From positions 384,001 through 448,000 of the forward strand of contig CBDFLE010000006.1 of the NCBI GenBank assembly GCA_965248925.1: a stretch of 64,000 bases of DNA. Direction: 5' to 3'. The stretch's first letter is position 1, and each line of letters opens with the position of its first letter. The notes beneath the pieces are model-generated. The model was not told the origin of the DNA and ran no database searches. It saw only the letters and a list, made by a program, of their open reading frames with translations. Of the stretch, positions 62,480-64,000 are shown in pieces. A program made the position numbers and the translations under genes. This DNA comes from Candidatus Multivoradales bacterium (GTDB lineage: Bacteria; Acidobacteriota; Thermoanaerobaculia; Multivoradales; J023).

Positions 62480-62755
62480 GCGAAGCTGCCGCCGATGCCA
62501 ACCCCAAGGTAGGTGCCGCTCATCCCCGGCACACCGAAGAGCAGCACGCTGCGCCAATCCACCTACCGCCGGCCAGCGAACTGCAAGCCACCCGCAGCGG
62601 CGATTGTGCCAACAATGAACAATGAGCCGGCGAAAGCCAACTTCTCGTCTTGGCCGATCAGAAAGATCAGCACCGGTACAGTGAGCACCGATCCACCGGA
62701 GCCGAGCAAGCCCAACGCCAGGCCAATGGCCATCGCGCCGAGCCAGACCAGAGAC
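62480..62755 (-). pseudogene. TauE/SafE sulfite exporter 5' fragment with an in-frame stop
   Basis: [40 protein letters not shown]. Confidence 0.75.
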
Positions 62756-62926
62756 TCACCGCGCCTGCCGCTGATTGTCCAGCCGTTGTTCGAGGGCCCG
62801 CAGGCGTTGTTCCAGCCGCTCCAGAGCCAACAAGATCATGACGTGGGTTTTCTTGGCGTCGATGCCCACCGGGCTGCTGTCGCTCTCGATCTGCGCCGCG
62901 ATGCGTTGGTAGTCGTGGTCATTCAT
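62756..62926 (-). CDS. Small hypothetical protein (56 aa)
   Basis: AAGGAG RBS; [42 protein letters not shown]... Confidence 0.6.
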   Translation of the reverse strand: MNDHDYQRIAAQIESDSSPVGIDAKKTHVMILLALERLEQRLRALEQRLDNQRQAR

Positions 62927-62945
62927 AGCTTACTCCTTGAGGGAC

Positions 62946-64000
62946 TCAGGACGCCTGCTCGGACCACCGGGAGAAGAGGTCGTCGACCAGCGACACCTCG
63001 CGGCCGGCGCGCGCCAACATGGAAAGGGCCGCCGAAGCGCGAGCACCGCTACGGCAGTGAACCAGCAACCTCCCCGCCTCCGGCACTTCGTCGAGACGAG
63101 CCAGCAGGCGGGTGTGGGCGATGTTCAAAGCGCCGGGGATATTGCCCGCGGCATACTCCGCGGCACCGCGAACGTCGAGCACCGTAACTTGGGGCAGGTG
63201 GCGAGCCTTCTCCAGCTCGGCAAAATCTATCACCTGGGTCTTAACCATTCCTGGTTCGAAGGTCGGGTCCTCGAGCATCGCCGGGGTCACGAAATCGCCG
63301 ACTTGATCGAATCCGATGCAGATGAGATCGCGAATCGCTTCCTCGATCTGCTCCTCGTCGATCACCAGGATGATCTTCTGTTCCAGAAGGGCGTAAGAGC
63401 CGACGAGCGAGAGAAAGGTGCGGTCGAAGGGAGCGTAAAGCGAACCCTCGAGATGGCCGTCCATAAAGGCCAGACGATCAAGCCGGGTGTCAACGACGAC
63501 CGTCCCCGCTTCGCCCATGGCGGTGGTCAGCTCGGCGGTACTGAGAGGCCGCGCGGCAGGCAGACCGCCAAGCACCGGCGGGCCGGTCCGGTTGAGCATC
63601 TTCATGGTGGCGAAATAGAGCGGCGGCTCGGGTTGGCCGCCAAGGATCGACTCGACAAAGGCGTCCTCGCCGCAGCTGGCGGCGTCGATGGAGGCATTGT
63701 AACGCTTCTCATATCCTACCGTCGAAGAAGGCACTGCGCCGAGGGCCTTGCCACAGGCGCTCCCGGCACCGTGGGCCGGCCACACCTGAACGAAGTCGGG
63801 CAGGGCCAGAAAGCGATCGACACTGCGATAGAGAGTGCGGGCGGAAGGCTCCCGCTCACCGACCATGCCAGCCGCCGTCTCCAGCAGATCCGGCCGGCCG
63901 AGATCGCCGACAAAGACAAAGTCACCACTGGCGATACCGATCGGCTCGGCGGCGCCACCGCCGTGATCAGTGATGACGAAGCTCATATGCTCCGGCGTGT
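62946..64000 (-). CDS. MBL-fold hydrolase-rhodanese fusion (persulfide dioxygenase/sulfurtransferase, CstB-like); 5' end beyond the window
   Basis: TPEHMSF, SGDFVFVGDLGRPDL, PAHGAGSACG, LDVRG, HCRSGARA. Confidence 0.9.
   Translation of the reverse strand, partial: TPEHMSFVITDHGGGAAEPIGIASGDFVFVGDLGRPDLLETAAGMVGEREPSARTLYRSVDRFLALPDFVQVWPAHGAGSACGKALGAVPSSTVGYEKRYNASIDAASCGEDAFVESILGGQPEPPLYFATMKMLNRTGPPVLGGLPAARPLSTAELTTAMGEAGTVVVDTRLDRLAFMDGHLEGSLYAPFDRTFLSLVGSYALLEQKIILVIDEEQIEEAIRDLICIGFDQVGDFVTPAMLEDPTFEPGMVKTQVIDFAELEKARHLPQVTVLDVRGAAEYAAGNIPGALNIAHTRLLARLDEVPEAGRLLVHCRSGARASAALSMLARAGREVSLVDDLFSRWSEQAS

Noticed and set aside
62480-64000. Persulfide dioxygenase-rhodanese and TauE genes as the sulfur supply for the DUF-SH PKS
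   Set aside because: About 50 kb away with unrelated genes between, a common stand-alone operon, and TauE is broken; no evidence of linkage

Overview
GC-rich bacterial DNA. The F-x-D-G-F-E-S-G-D motif in secreted proteins suggests an Acidobacteriota-like host (inference). Positions 1-13122 (minus strand) hold one giant trans-AT PKS reading frame of more than 4370 aa. It is missing from the ORF track because it runs off the left edge. My domain reading is KS(Cys->His)-ACP-KS-DH-KR-ACP-DUF2156-PLP lyase(SH)-KS-DH-KR. This places a leinamycin-type DUF-SH sulfur-incorporation didomain in an early, internal module, and it is the most exciting feature of the window. A divergently transcribed stand-alone AT carries an apparently degenerate ER domain. 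Next come a hypothetical protein, an S8 protease, a GT2, a small TA-like nucleotidyltransferase pair and tesB. A Sec-signal Rhs polymorphic toxin locus follows, with an orphan module, lipoprotein immunity candidates, IS21 and IS3 elements and a transposase-free cassette flanked by inverted repeats. The right half has secreted proteins, an M20 amidohydrolase beside an ATP-grasp-like gene, a membrane-anchored C-terminal wHTH regulator, an ECF sigma cluster, an ornithine cyclodeaminase-family gene, a metallophosphoesterase fusion, a 5'-nucleotidase, nagB, several pseudogene fragments and a partial MBL-rhodanese gene. All calls come from manual motif reading with no database searches.
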